Assembly (NCBI GenBank): GCA_965285935.1
Contig: OZ260661.1
Span: 124,496,001 to 124,560,000, forward strand
Direction: 5' to 3'
DNA from: Ophelia neglecta
Lineage: Eukaryota
DNA: 64,000 nt
Part shown: positions 1 to 12,900 of the stretch, piece by piece
Layout of the letters: each line of letters opens with the position of its first letter
Numbering within the stretch: position 1 is the stretch's first letter
Program-made: the position numbers and the translations under genes
Notes under the pieces: generated by a model
Told to the model about the DNA's origin: nothing
The model's input: only the letters and a program-made list of their open reading frames with translations
The model's database searches: none

Positions 1-3000
1 ATACTATGACTGTAAACCCCTTGAAGTGGACCCTCCTGTCCATGGGTCACCCTATGGGGCAATTCACAGCAAACTGCTCATAAAGAGATGAAATGAAAAC
101 CATGAGGTTGGCAGCACCACCAAGAAGGGTTTTTTGAGCCAGAGATGCCTGCTGTGTGTTTGTCTGTGATAGAGTTGTCATTGATGGTCTAATATCTGTC
201 TTTATCTAACATCCTTCCTCCCTATCTGGCTGGATGATAGATATTAAAAATATTTTTATAACATTATATCAGATTTTATGGTCCTTATCAGTTTCTAGCT
301 ATTTATTTCCGCCGCAGTTAAGATGCTTCCTGAACTGCTTAGCAAAATTATTCAGTATTTAGAAGTGTTTCTGATATCATTAATAACAAAGAAGTTGGAC
401 ATTTCATAGATATTAAGTTTTTGTTTATCTTAATCACCTGGCATTTTTACAGGAATTTAATTTTTGTGGATTAGGATGTAACAAGGCGATGCTCGCTGTG
501 AACGTATAATTTTGTTAGAATAAATGATTGCATTATTGCGTCCCAAGTGTGAATTCATGAATTCAGATTAAAATAAAGCTTCAAGTTTTCTTCCTGGCCA
601 TTATATAGTATTAGTATTGTCCATGATGGCATGGCGCGAGCCTGACAAACAAGCATGTTACAGCACCCATTACTTTGAATATTGAATTAGCCATTAACAT
701 GTGATAATCAGATAATAAATATATTATTAATCCTGTAATAATAAGATGATTGGCTGGACATTATCTAATGACGGTATAAAAACACTAGTAAACTAAACTC
801 CTTAAAAACAGCATTGCTCGTTACAGGGTACATCATTAGTACCATTTTGAGAATTTCCAAGTTTATTTCTGACAAACATGCTGTGAACAAAACCAAATTG
901 CTATAATTCACAACCACATTTTGCCCATTTGCCAAAATATATGATAGTATAGTATTATCTTGTCTTCTGGTCCTCTGTCTGCACCCCGAGGCCATGCAGG
1001 ATGCGCTGTTTTCTAGCTACAAAGCACCTGACATTTATGTTTTAGTTAGTTTGTAGACTAAATAATAGATATGATGCTCCTAGATTTGTGGCTCTTATGG
1101 GGCTGATGGTGAATATTGTCTACAGCGGATACAGACTGTCTGGAACTGGAGGCTGTAGCCTGGCTGATCAGGAAACAAGGACTGTAAGGTTATCAGGAAA
1201 AATACACAGCATAGCAGTTCATTATTTCCTGTACTAGCTGTTCTGGCCATTTGTCATCTCCAATGTGTCCTTTATTCATGACCTTCAATCAGAGGTGTCT
1301 TTGTCATGTTTATGTACAAGTCTCTCAGCTTTACTTAGCTTTATTCTCCTGGACATAATCACCTGTTACAAGTGTGCTTTCCAAAGCTTGTCTGTGTCTT
1401 TAAATACATGTGTGTCCTCTAACTTTTGTATTATTTTTTGGTAGCTTTTGCCAAGTGTGTACAGTCAGACTGACATAAACAGGAGAGAAGCCAAGCATCT
1501 GCCTATAGGCCCTCTACCTAGAGGCCCGGTTTCAGTACATTTAGGGTTTGCATGTTACAGGCTTCCTCTTTGGTTTTTGTCAGCTGCCTGCCTTGGCAGT
1601 TGCTGCCTGCCTCCCTAGTCCATGACCAGACAGTTTTAGGCTTGGCGGGGAGTGTAATGAGGCTGGGGGAGATGGCTTTCATGACATATGATGTAAAATC
1701 AATGGGGTGCCCAGGCTTCCCTCTCCAGGTACTAGGTATGAACAATACAGATTAAGGGTAAAAAACAGAACAGTTTTAGAGCTTGGTGCATGTAAGGCAG
1801 AAAAAGTAGTTATACAGACTTCTTACAATATTGAAGAAGATTTACCATGTGCTCTTAGTGTAAAATGGTGCATTTCCAACCCCAGAATAAAACACTTTAA
1901 AAAACTTTATTCTGAAAACAATAAAATGTACAAAATATGTTATCAGGTCTTCTACCATTTTATTGGTACATTTCATCATTTATTCAGTGGATTATCACTA
2001 ATTGCTTTTATGAAGTAGCATTTTGATATAGTATGCATAGGAGCATAGGCAGCTGCCATTTTCTGCAACTATTAAATGAGTCTTACTCCTATGCAAAGAA
2101 AAAGTCTTCCATCAGCAGCAAATTACCTCTAATTTCTCTTGGGAATCACACTCAAATGGTTTCTACCACACAAAGCAATGTTTGATTGAGATAAAACGTC
2201 TAGTGTGGCACCAGTGGCACTTTGATAGTTTTTCAAGAGTTCAGGGACCTTGGAAAATATCTTTAATGATTTCGATTTAGATAAATGGTTATTGGATGAT
2301 TGGATTATGTTCCTGTTTCCGTATCTGAAAGCTTACCTGCTTTCCTTGCAGTTTAAATAAGTCACCAAGTAGGATGACCCCGGATATATACAAACTGGAA
2401 CAATCATTAGACCTAAGTAATGCCAATATGATGGTACATAATGGGGGTTGTCGGATGTTGACCTACTTTGACCAAGGACATCAATTTCCTTGTTTTCTAT
2501 TACATTCAACCAAGCAATCTGCCCTTAATAAATGAATTGCTCCTAAAAACAAAAAGAGAATTTGACTATTGAGTATTCCTCATTGTGTTCTCTTATGTTC
2601 TTGACATTTGTCTTTTAAGGCATCTGTAGAGATTTGGACCTTTTTTGACATGCTGTTGCTTCTTTGTCTCTTTTATGTAAAGGAATTGGTTTCATTATTG
2701 ATTACTAAACTTCATTGTGAACTTAAATTCAAAGAAACCAGTGCTTTGTGGTTGAAGGAGAAGTATGGTGATAGTTCATGGCTGGAACCTCACAGTGTAT
2801 GATATATATTACCATGCCCACATTCCTGTGAAGTTGAAGGACAAAATGTATGTACTCCACTGTACTTCCCCTGTGATAGGTGACCAACATCAATAAAGTT
2901 ATCTGTAGAGTTTGGTGTTTTAGGTCCAGGGAGGTGCCTGACCCTGATAAATACCTGTGGTCAGGCTATTTGGACCTGATATACTGCCAGTTTGAATCAC

Positions 3001-3357
3001 AGCTCAGAGCTAAGTTTGTAGATAGGCCCATCCCAGTAGAACTGGCTCATTTTGACCACACCACTAGCTTAAGTTCTATGTTGAGCACAATGGTATCTGC
3101 ATCTAGTATGTACATATTCACAAGTGGTCTGTTGCAAAAGCATTTTCTTTTATTTATTTTCATTGTGCTGAAGCATATTTTGCACACTTGTATAAATGAA
3201 TATCTGCAATGTAATTTATTAGGTATGTCTTCAAAGAGCATTTGTTTGTCAGTCTTCAAAGGCTCTGGGAGCTTGTTATATAATAATACATTATCTCAGA
3301 ACCAGGTGTGTGACACTGTAATTATATCCGCGAAATGCGGATATTATGTTTTCAGTA

Positions 3358-3359
<2 letters not shown>

Positions 3360-3422
<63 letters not shown>
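3360..3422. repeat. (GCC)21 microsatellite inside the HINE
   Basis: Perfect trinucleotide run; source of the poly-Ala in ORF 2880..3440. Confidence 0.95.
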
Positions 3423-3424
<2 letters not shown>

Positions 3425-3444
3425 AGATTTTAGTCGTTAACGCG

Positions 3445-3745
3445 ATAACTCAAAAACTATATCGTACATCTTTTTCAAATTTAACACAGCCATAGACCTT
3501 AACGAGAGGAGGAACTGATTAGATTCTGGAGAAAATCCAATAATTATTAATTACTTAAAACAATTAATTAATTACGTCAGAAACGCATTTTCTGCTATAA
3601 CACAAAAAATATTTGATGCATCTTTTTCTAATTTGACACAGCCATAGACCTTATTGAGAGGAAGATCTGTATTCATTCTGGTGAATTTCTGATAATTATT
3701 AATTAGTTAAAATAATTAATTAATTATGTCAAAAACACATTTTCT
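3445..3745. repeat. ~152-bp internal tandem repeat x2 (HINE core)
   Basis: ACACAGCCATAGACC at 3484 and 3636, followed by matching AT-rich sequence. Confidence 0.85.
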
Positions 3746-3814
3746 ATCAAATATTCCAAAGTATAGATGATATTGGCTTGAAGTGTTGTGTCATGATTCA
3801 TGTAATAACTATAT

Positions 3815-4410
3815 ACAATCTGTGTAATAAGTTAACTAGTTAACTTTATTAATGACCTGAACAAAATTTAGTTAAGGTGGTTTTGCATTATTCTTGAGGT
3901 CATATAGAACCAACTTTTTTAATGACCTGCCTTATTATTGAGGTTATATAGAAGCTACTACAATCTGTGTAACAAGTTAACTAGTACTGTGTAATAAGTT
4001 AACTAGTTAACTTTATTAATGACCTGAAAAAAAATTAGTTAAGGCAGTTTTTCATTATTATTGAGGTCATATGGAACCTACTACAATGTGTGTAATATGT
4101 TAACTAGTTAACTTTATTAATGACCTAGAAAAAAATTTGGTTAAGGTTGTTTTGCATTATTATTGAGGTCTTATGGAACCTACTAATAAGTTCACTAGTT
4201 CACTTTATTAATGACCTGAAAAAAAATTAGTTAGGGTCGTTTTGCATTATTATTGAGGTCATATGACACCAACTTTAACAATGACCTGCATTATTATTGA
4301 GGTCAAATAGAACCTACTACAATCTGTGTAATAAGTTAACTAGTACTGTGTAATAAGTTAACTAGTTTAACTTTATTAATGACCTGAACAAAAATTAGTT
4401 AAGGTCGTTA
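3815..4410. repeat. ~100-bp internal tandem repeats (about 5, with partial duplications) carrying the palindrome AAGTTAACTAGTTAACTT
   Basis: Recurrent TAAGTTAACTAGTTAACTTTATTAATGACCTGA...GCATTATTATTGAGGTCATAT blocks. Confidence 0.85.
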
Positions 4411-7400
4411 TCTTTTGTGCCAACTAAAAACTACCATATTCACTACCTCGCCTTATGCCATGTTCCCCATTCGATTATTGCACCCATTCGCGGATATACC
4501 CCTTGCTGTCGGCCCCCCGACAGCGTTGGCCTAGTTAAACATTGTGGATGCTTCCTGTGATGTTGTCTGTGGGACCACACCTAAGTTAGGGGTCAGGGAG
4601 AGTCAAGGAGTAAGGGAGTCAGATCCAAGGGAGTGACATGGGGGTTATTTGAGGTATTAGGGTATGGGGGGGGGGGCAGAGGGTTCAGCTGCGGTTGTGG
4701 TATCATGTAAATCAAGTCAGTCATTTAATCATTTTATTCCCATTTCTCAATTGAAATAGGAGTTGACTAGATCTAGGCTTCCCTGGATTACTTAAGACCA
4801 TCAGCTCAAGAGATTAGTAACAATATAAAGTGGGCTATGGTCTATGGAGCTTTCATTGGCAGTTCAAAAACATTCTTGTAAGGCTTTCAATACTGCCACA
4901 TCAGCTAAATATTGAAGATAGCATCTGAGCTCTGGTGTCCTTGATCAATTTGTCTAGATCAACTTCCAGAAAATGGCTACACACAGAGGGCTTTAGTGCT
5001 GCATACATCATCATCATTTTGTTAACATCCTCCCCAGCCAGGGTTTGGAGAGATTTTTGTGTTACATTGATAATATCAGTCACTTGAGCTCTTCAGTTGA
5101 TCACAATTGATCATGCCATGAGGCTAGTATGACTTGGAATGACTTGGAATGTAAACTTAGGCCATTGCTGTCCTGTGGAGACATGCGGTTTATTAATTTT
5201 CTGTACAGCCTCTCCAGGAGCAATCTTGTGAATGTATGGCTTTGATGCAAGGTTCTGTGGCCAACTACCAGCAACACGAGATGAGAGCTCCATCATCGCC
5301 TTGCCAACTCCTCCTAACCCTCCATCTCTGTCATTGTACTTACCTACAACGGCTGGCATACAGTCACTGAGCTGGAGGGTGTTCTCATTATTTGAAGAAG
5401 AAGACCAGTGGCCACCTGTGTCCACCAGTGGCCTCCAGCGGCCTGTCAAGTGGTGACATAACTGTGACATTACAGGCTTGAACCTTATGTATATAGCTTG
5501 TCTAGCCACTGACAATGTGGTACTGATTTAGATCATAGGTTCCTGTCCTCCAGCCTACAGGCAACAACAGCAATGGCGAACTGAGTTGTATCCTGTCCCA
5601 TGGCTGGTGTTAGGCATTTTCAAGGACTCACTAAAATATTTGGTTAACTTCGCTGTCTTCAGTTTTGAATACTTTTTAAGCAGAATGTACATCAAGTTTG
5701 CTATTAATGATAGAAAGACTTGTAAAAATGTTAATTAAAATTTTGTGTACTTGGCCACATAAATAGCCATCACTCCTTGTGGGTATTATTCTGATAGTCT
5801 ATGTAATCCTCTTGACCAGAGGCTTGGCAAGGGAACCCGAAAGATAGCCAGGTTTTCTAACTGAAACCAGGCAATGGGTCACCTTGGAGGACACCTAGTT
5901 GTCTTGTCTGGTGGCCTTGTGCTGTTATCATTTTCCATACTACCTATTGGGACAGTCAGCCAATTGGATTGGCAATTCTGTTCTCTCAATACTGACACCC
6001 TCAAAACTGGGCCTTTTTGTTGTTTTGCCGGGTCAGCCCTTTTCTCTGCTGGTTTCGGCTGATTAATTTCAAAATAGTGTTTGTAGCCTGCCACTGGCTG
6101 CAGCCAAGCAGAACAATTGGCTCCCTGTTGATTGGGAGCTCTCTGTTTGTCTTCAGCTATGCAGGCATGTCTGGCAGATCTTTGGCAGTATGAATTGCTG
6201 GAGATCCTTGGCCTTAATGAGCCGCTGGTATTGGCAGTTCTTGGCCAATGATAGGACTGTGCTTCCTGCTCATGGGAGAAATAGCCTCACATAAACTGAC
6301 AGAAAATGTCAAGTGTAGTGACCTGAAACTAAAAGGTCAATTTTGAAATCTGAAAGGTGGGCATGCTCGATGTGGGAGGTGTTTCTGCGGCCTTCTCTCC
6401 AGTGAGCTGGCTCAAATGGGGTAAAGCTGAGGTAATTGGAATGAAGTAACTCAGAGTAGAGGCTGAAGGGGACATTAAGTTTGTCTAGATACCACTTCCA
6501 AGGAGGTACAGCCTTGTAGTATGGCTAAAGGGTGGTTTATTACTGCAGTGTTGTATTAATCTTAGTGGTAGGGGATGCCCTGTTCAGGTTTTAAACACAT
6601 CTGGTGAGATGAGTTATTGCTTTTACTGGTAAAATATTCATGTGATCCCTGGGAACTGGAGTAATGGCCTATGACACATATAAATTCAATTTTCACTTGA
6701 GTTTACTGCTTTTTCGGAGCCATCCACCTAATACAGACCCAGTAAATTAGAGGAGGGTGACCACAGAGCCTTGGGCAGCTGACTAACCCCCAACCCAATG
6801 GACCAATGGCCTGAGACATGCTGGGCTGCTGTGTAGTGTCAATAGTCAACCAACCAGAATAGGCAGAAAAACTGTAAAGGGCTGTGTGATTAGGACACCA
6901 GTCAAACAAAAAAAATCTCAGGTATTGGAATGGTGAGGCAGTAAATTCTTTTTAAGAAATATACACAATTATTGTTAAGAGTTACCAGTATTTTTAATAA
7001 AGGCATTTAGATAAAAGCGATAAAATTGGGTTCAATATATTAAGGTTCAGAGTTGCTCCCTATGTGTTTGAGCCTGGGAGGGAACCTTTACCCTGTTTAC
7101 AAGAGGCTTACCCAGACAATCCTACCAAACTAACAGCTCATCACATTTCCTACTGATATATAACATAAAGTATTTTTTTTAAAGAAGCACCCTTGGCCTC
7201 CTCCAAATAGCGGTAAACAATTAATAGTCTACCTTCTCAGGCTGGGTTAATCAGAGTTGGATTTGATGATAAAATGTGGTTGGAAATGGTGCCAGTTCAC
7301 TTTAACTTATTGCACATAGGACTCCATAGTCTGAGCACTATTTACGTAATGGCACTTTGGCCCTAAACACCATCCCTAGTCCATATTGCCAAGCCTTTAG

Positions 7401-9860
7401 TTGCTTTTTACATGTTCATATTACAGAAGAGCAGCTTTCTATTTCGAGGCAGCCTATGGACCATGATTTGTGGCATTTCCCGGCTGGTTTTGCTCATTTC
7501 ATGGGCGGGTTTTACCCATTTCTCTCCATGTACATGGGGTTTTACCAGTATCCTGACAGAGATCAGAAGCTTGCATGTTTTGTACAAGCTGTGGGCTCGG
7601 TCTAGCTGATAACCCAGCCTACCTTCCACTGAGGATGCCCATGCATCTAGTTTCAACCCTATCCCATTGCTAGCCATAAAGTACTTGCAGCAGAATATGG
7701 TGGCAGACAAGGGCTTATGACATTTTGATTATAGACCATTTTCAGATAACTTACGGAGTTTTACAAGACTTGGACTCCACCATTTTATTTTTGCCGGTGA
7801 GTCAGATCCATGTGTATTAGATCAGAAGTCAGTGCGTTCAGTTCTAAGCAGCCTATATTTTCCACAAATCTGTGATCGCTCAATCTCCCTGAGATCAGAT
7901 TAGTCGTTGGTTCCAGTGAATATGATGCTATCCTGCACAAATTTCTATTTGATTATAAAAAGCTTGAGAAAAGCTTAACCTTTGGGCTTCTTAGACTATA
8001 GTCCTTATTGCGAGCAATGCCTAAGGGGTAAGATAAAGGAGTATATTTGTACGCTTTTGTCAAGCCAATATGACACTGCTGTGTCTGCCACCAACACACT
8101 GCCAGGCCACCTTGTTGGCAACTCTTACATAGATTTTCCTGCCCCCCTAGGCAATGTTTGTTGGAATTAATTAAATTTCACAAACAGAGGCTATCGTCTT
8201 GCTGAGTGTGTGTTTGTATAGGAGCATTGGGTGACAGGAGACACAACAAATAGAGGTAATCTCAAGCTGAGGAGGTCTGGACATCATCCAGCCCCTGGGC
8301 GTGAGTGGCTGGCCAGCCATTGTGCACAGTGTCCAGTCCAGCAGTAATTGGCCATCCTGGGTCAGTTTGTGTGTTACAAGGGTCCTATGTAAGTCAGGGG
8401 ACATGGCCTGTCATCAAGGGTTCTGGGGTGGGTTTGTCACCACTTTGGGGTAATTACCCCTTCTGTGTCTTGTGTGTTTACACACCAACTGTGTTCAACC
8501 TGATTGAAGGCAGTTGAAGGCAGTTGAAGACTGTATGAAAATGTACACAATCGGTACAAACTGTTTGTTGTTTGAATTTGTACATGATGAGGACAACTAT
8601 GTTTCGACACAAAGCTAAAATCTGGCTGCCTATAGTAGACTATACATGTACTTGGAGTGGCTCCTTCCCTATCAGCTGCTAAGAACAAATAAATAAGTGT
8701 TTTATTTATTTTTTTAAGGGATACATGAATATTTAAAATATTTTCTGAGAGAATAATGAGTGCTCTCAATTCCTCAGCTTCTTCCTATGGCAATGGAGTA
8801 CAGGAGTTTCAGAGTAAGACATTATGAATTGTGATATCTCCTGGTTATATAAACTCTTGTAGACAATTCCCAGCTGGTCTCTCCCATGTTATAAATCTAT
8901 GGCCTTGTACAATGTTAAATAAAGCTAGTTATAAACAAGCTTCTAGAAAATACTCTCAGCCAATTTCCGACAACTCCCTAACAGTTTGTCAGATTATTGA
9001 CAAACGGCTGCAGCAGTGTAAACAGGGTAAACACTACTCAAGGACCTGTGTAAATCGAATGTAAACTGATGTAAACCTGATGGCAAGTCATTACTATTAA
9101 TATTTACATATCATGATGTATTCACAACCCTAGACTATGTCTATGACATCACATAGTGAATTGAGTCATTTTTATTGTTGATTTACCTTCAATCTGAGTC
9201 TCTTTTAACAAATATTCAGCCACACAAATAACAGTAAACACATCCGTAAACACTCCAGGGGAATGTATGGTAGACAGGCCCAGTAAGATTTAAGAGTTTT
9301 ATGAAGGGGGTTATCTTTTGTAAACCAATTAACTATATCAAAACAAGATAAGAACAAATAAATCAGAATATTAGTTTGTATTATTCGTGTACTAGCTGTT
9401 CCTTGTCCAAATCCCCCTTAAGCTGCTTGGTGATATATGGTATAAAAGCCTGTCAAACTGTGAAGGGAAGTTATTTAAGTTACTTATATCACGCCATCTA
9501 TTTAATGGCAATACTCCTTTAGCTAACGCAAATTTGGCTGGCCGCCCAGCAAAATGTTGAGCCATTGGAATGCAATGAAATTCTATATCTCCATTACTAA
9601 GGCCCAGGCATTAACAACACTATATCAAGGTTAGGGAGGCTCGAGTAGTGTCTAAAAGTAGGAAAATAAAAAAAATGTGGTAAACCTGCAATCGTCATCA
9701 ATCTATGTGGAGGATTTATGTTTTTGGGGTGTTAGCTTTGAATTGGGGTATTAGAGTGGATTGATGGAGGTTTTAGCAGGCCTTGGGGTGCCAGTTTAAG
9801 AGTTGATACTTGAGACTGTCACCCCGTACTCACCTCCCCGCCCAGGGCTAGGCATTTCAT

Positions 9861-9900
9861 CGTCTCTCAGTTCCTCTCAGATTCTCTCAGTTTCCCTCAG
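9861..9900. repeat. 10-bp tandem repeat x4 (nnYYYCTCAG)
   Basis: cgtctctcag ttcctctcag attctctcag tttccctcag. Confidence 0.8.
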
Positions 9901-12900
9901 TAGATGTAGGACCGCCTGTCTCTGTATCTGTATCTGGTTTCTGTGTAAAACATCTCCGTGAGCTACAGATCAAGTTCTACCTCCACTGAAAAAACATTAT
10001 ATTGTCTGTCTAGCTTGGGATATAAATACTGTATTTGAAATAAAACGACGAAAAATAAGCCAAAGAGTAAAATAAATCTCTGTTTTGTTGTTATAAGATT
10101 TTTCTGAAGCTTTCTCTAGATCAGAGGTATAAGTCAGAGACTTGCTCATTTTTTGGAAAACAATTCGTTTCATTTTTTACAAATGGAATGTTTGTTTAGC
10201 TACAATATTCAACAAATGCCTAATTTGGAGATGCCATAACAGAAAATTTAATATGAAAAGTGCAAAAAGAGAGAAAAACTGGCCGTCTGACTCATCTTAC
10301 AGCTATTCTCCCTCAGTATTATGTCTCTGAAAAACATTAATTAAAACATTCACAGATAAGATAGCAGGGAACGGGCTGATCTTAACTGATGTTCACGGCT
10401 TCTCGTTGATGTTTACTCTCTGTACGGCTCCTCTGACCCCCAGCTGGCACCCAACCCTACAACCAACTACTACCTCTACCAGGGGCAACACAAAACCCAG
10501 CTCCCAGCAGATCTTAGGAGTTAGCAAAACATGGATGTATGCACTACTTGGGTAGGAGAGAGAATTATGGTCTACACAGAACTTTGGAGTGTAGCAGACT
10601 CAGGGATTTGTTGTGTTTTTATGTTTTCTTTTATCTCAGGATACTGTTAACTAAAAATATTAAAATATGGTACGGAACTTTGAAGTAAAGTGACCATTCA
10701 AGAGATCAGGCCTGTTTTAGACATGAAAGCTGTGTTAGAAGGGCCATATTTTTGTTGTGCTTTTATTTGGGTAAATGCTTTGAGTGCAAATGTTATGAGA
10801 GGAAACGAGTCTTGCCTATCTGCTACGACAGAAGTAGTAGATCGCTCATGGTCTCCACGGGGCCTGTGACAGCTAAAAAGCTGGTGGCATGACGGATGGG
10901 TCCGCAATGAAGGACCTGTTGTGCAAAAAGCCACCGGGTGACGGGCGTGATCAAGTCAAACAGTTGTCAAGCCTGATCTTTGGTGACCTTCGCTCAGCTC
11001 TGTCAATTGGGTTGATGCACAAATCGGTACTGGGAATGAGGGCAGTGTTGAGTCATTTTACTCAATTTTTGTAATGGAACATATCATTTTTCACTGCACC
11101 TAGCTGTTCCTAATGAAAAATGTATGAATGCCTTGCTTTACCCAATTATCCAACGATCTCTGCCGGATGTGCATGAAATAATTGAAAAAGCGTCAGTCAG
11201 ACTTTAAGTTTTAACCCCTGGTGATCAGATTGTTCCATTTCGTTCATGAAACAGCATTGATTCGATTTGATTTTAATTATAAGAAAAATCAAAATTACTA
11301 TAATATTGAAATTTTGCCACATAATATGAAAAACTGAATAAAATTGAAACATTGCATCGGTATGTAAATATAAAAAGCTATTTAGTCTGTATTGCTGAAC
11401 CCATATTCATGATATTACCTAAGGCACCCTGTCACTCAATAACCAACAGTAATATGTGGAACTTAACAGCTGTTAGTAGTGGAACAATTTTCTGCGCAAT
11501 ACATGAAGGATCTTGGTTAATTAAACAGGTGACCAATATTTATTGAAGTTCCATGGATATTTATTTAAATGTTCATTAAATATGTGCGGACAGACTCACT
11601 TATGAGAATAACCCATCACCTTTGACAAGAGCTGCTGTTACAATGGCTTAGCTTTAGGCAGGGTTTAGCTTCCTTTGGAGGGTGTGGTGTGGGAAGGGGG
11701 CCTCTTGCCAGAGAGGGTATGGGGCCAACTCCTTCAAGCTCCCTCTCTCTGAAGCACCCTGTGAATGGTGGGGACTGACCCCTGTTACCCCCTCTCTTTA
11801 GATTTGAGTGATCCCTATTCCCCCTCCCCCTTTAGATCTGAGCACCCTGTGGGAAGTAGAGGGTGGCTCTGACCCCTGTATCCCCCCCCTAGATCTGCCC
11901 ATGTGACCAGAGGTGTGAAATGCCAGGTTGCAGGGTGCTGGAGATGACTCACTCCCTCAGGAGCCAGGAACTGGCCAAGGCCCTGTTCACATGTTATCAA
12001 AAGGAATTAGTGGGATTGAGTCAGACAGCATGAATTTAACCATTCTCATGGGTGGTGACCAATGGAAGAAAATCCTTGTCAGGTTAATTTCAGCCTGTAG
12101 CCGGGTGGGATGAGGTATCACCAGAGCCCGCTCTCTATGATTAGAGAGCCCAGCTCTATAATAAAGAAATGGTCAATATCTTCTAAATCCAATTATGCAC
12201 TAAGAAATTGACCAAATGATAATATGGTGTGGTTTGTTTAAGGCCAGAGGGGTGACTCACTTGTTGAAGGAAGGACACCTCTTTATCAATTAATGTGATA
12301 AATGTCATAAGGAACACCGAGTGATAAAAATCAATTCCCACAAACCCAAACAATCAGTAATGGTATTAGATATATTTAATTTCATTTTATTTTGACTGCA
12401 AACTTGAATTCTCATGAATATTTTTCACAGTGAATTTGGGAACTAAATGAGCTTGAGTGGGTCCTTCTTCAAACTTTAGAACAGTGTAGAAATGAGTTTT
12501 TGTGCCGGACAATCAAACTAACGTAATAAAATGTCATAATTTGGTTTGGTAAGTTGATTCTGTCAAAGTAATGACTGATTCATGGCTGGATTATTCATCT
12601 CTTGTGACTGCCCTGGCCATCTTTACCATAAAAATTATTATGTTTCCAGAAGTATTATATATATATTAATATTCTACTGCTTGCTGAAGCCTAATTTTGG
12701 CTAATGGGATTGGTTTGGCATCTCAGATATTATCTTAATCCTGTAAAAGTGAATAGATGGCACATTTATTGATGTATTGTTAGAATTAGGTCACCCAGAT
12801 GTGACACCCCTGGTGTCTGCTGGTGTCTCCTTTGTAGTGATCTGGCAGATGTTGGTGGAAAAAAGTCACCAATTAAATTAAACAGGTAACATTATATCTG

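Larger units (their letters stand above)
3322..4535 (+). mobile_element. Non-autonomous Helentron-associated element (HINE / DINE-1-like)
   Basis: 5' subterminal repeat TATATCCGCGAA (3323-3334) is inverted as TTCGCGGATATA (4487-4498). Also: 5' hairpin TATCCGC-gaaat-GCGGATA, microsatellite near the 5' end, internal tandem repeats, 3' hairpin GCTGTCGG-cccc-CCGACAGC (4505-4524), CTAG terminus (4531-4534) and T-rich flanks. This is the standard HINE layout. Confidence 0.8.

Noticed and set aside
2880-3440. 186-aa ORF with poly-Ala
   Set aside because: Poly-Ala comes from the HINE microsatellite; the ORF crosses the element boundary, starts at GTG and has no recognisable domain
2331-5350. Minus-strand donor-like sites (CAG|GTAAGC at ~2337, TAG|GTAAGT at ~5344; also CAG|GTGAGT at ~53136)
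   Set aside because: Expected by chance at this frequency and not joinable into a gene model; they also show that isolated + strand splice sites need caution
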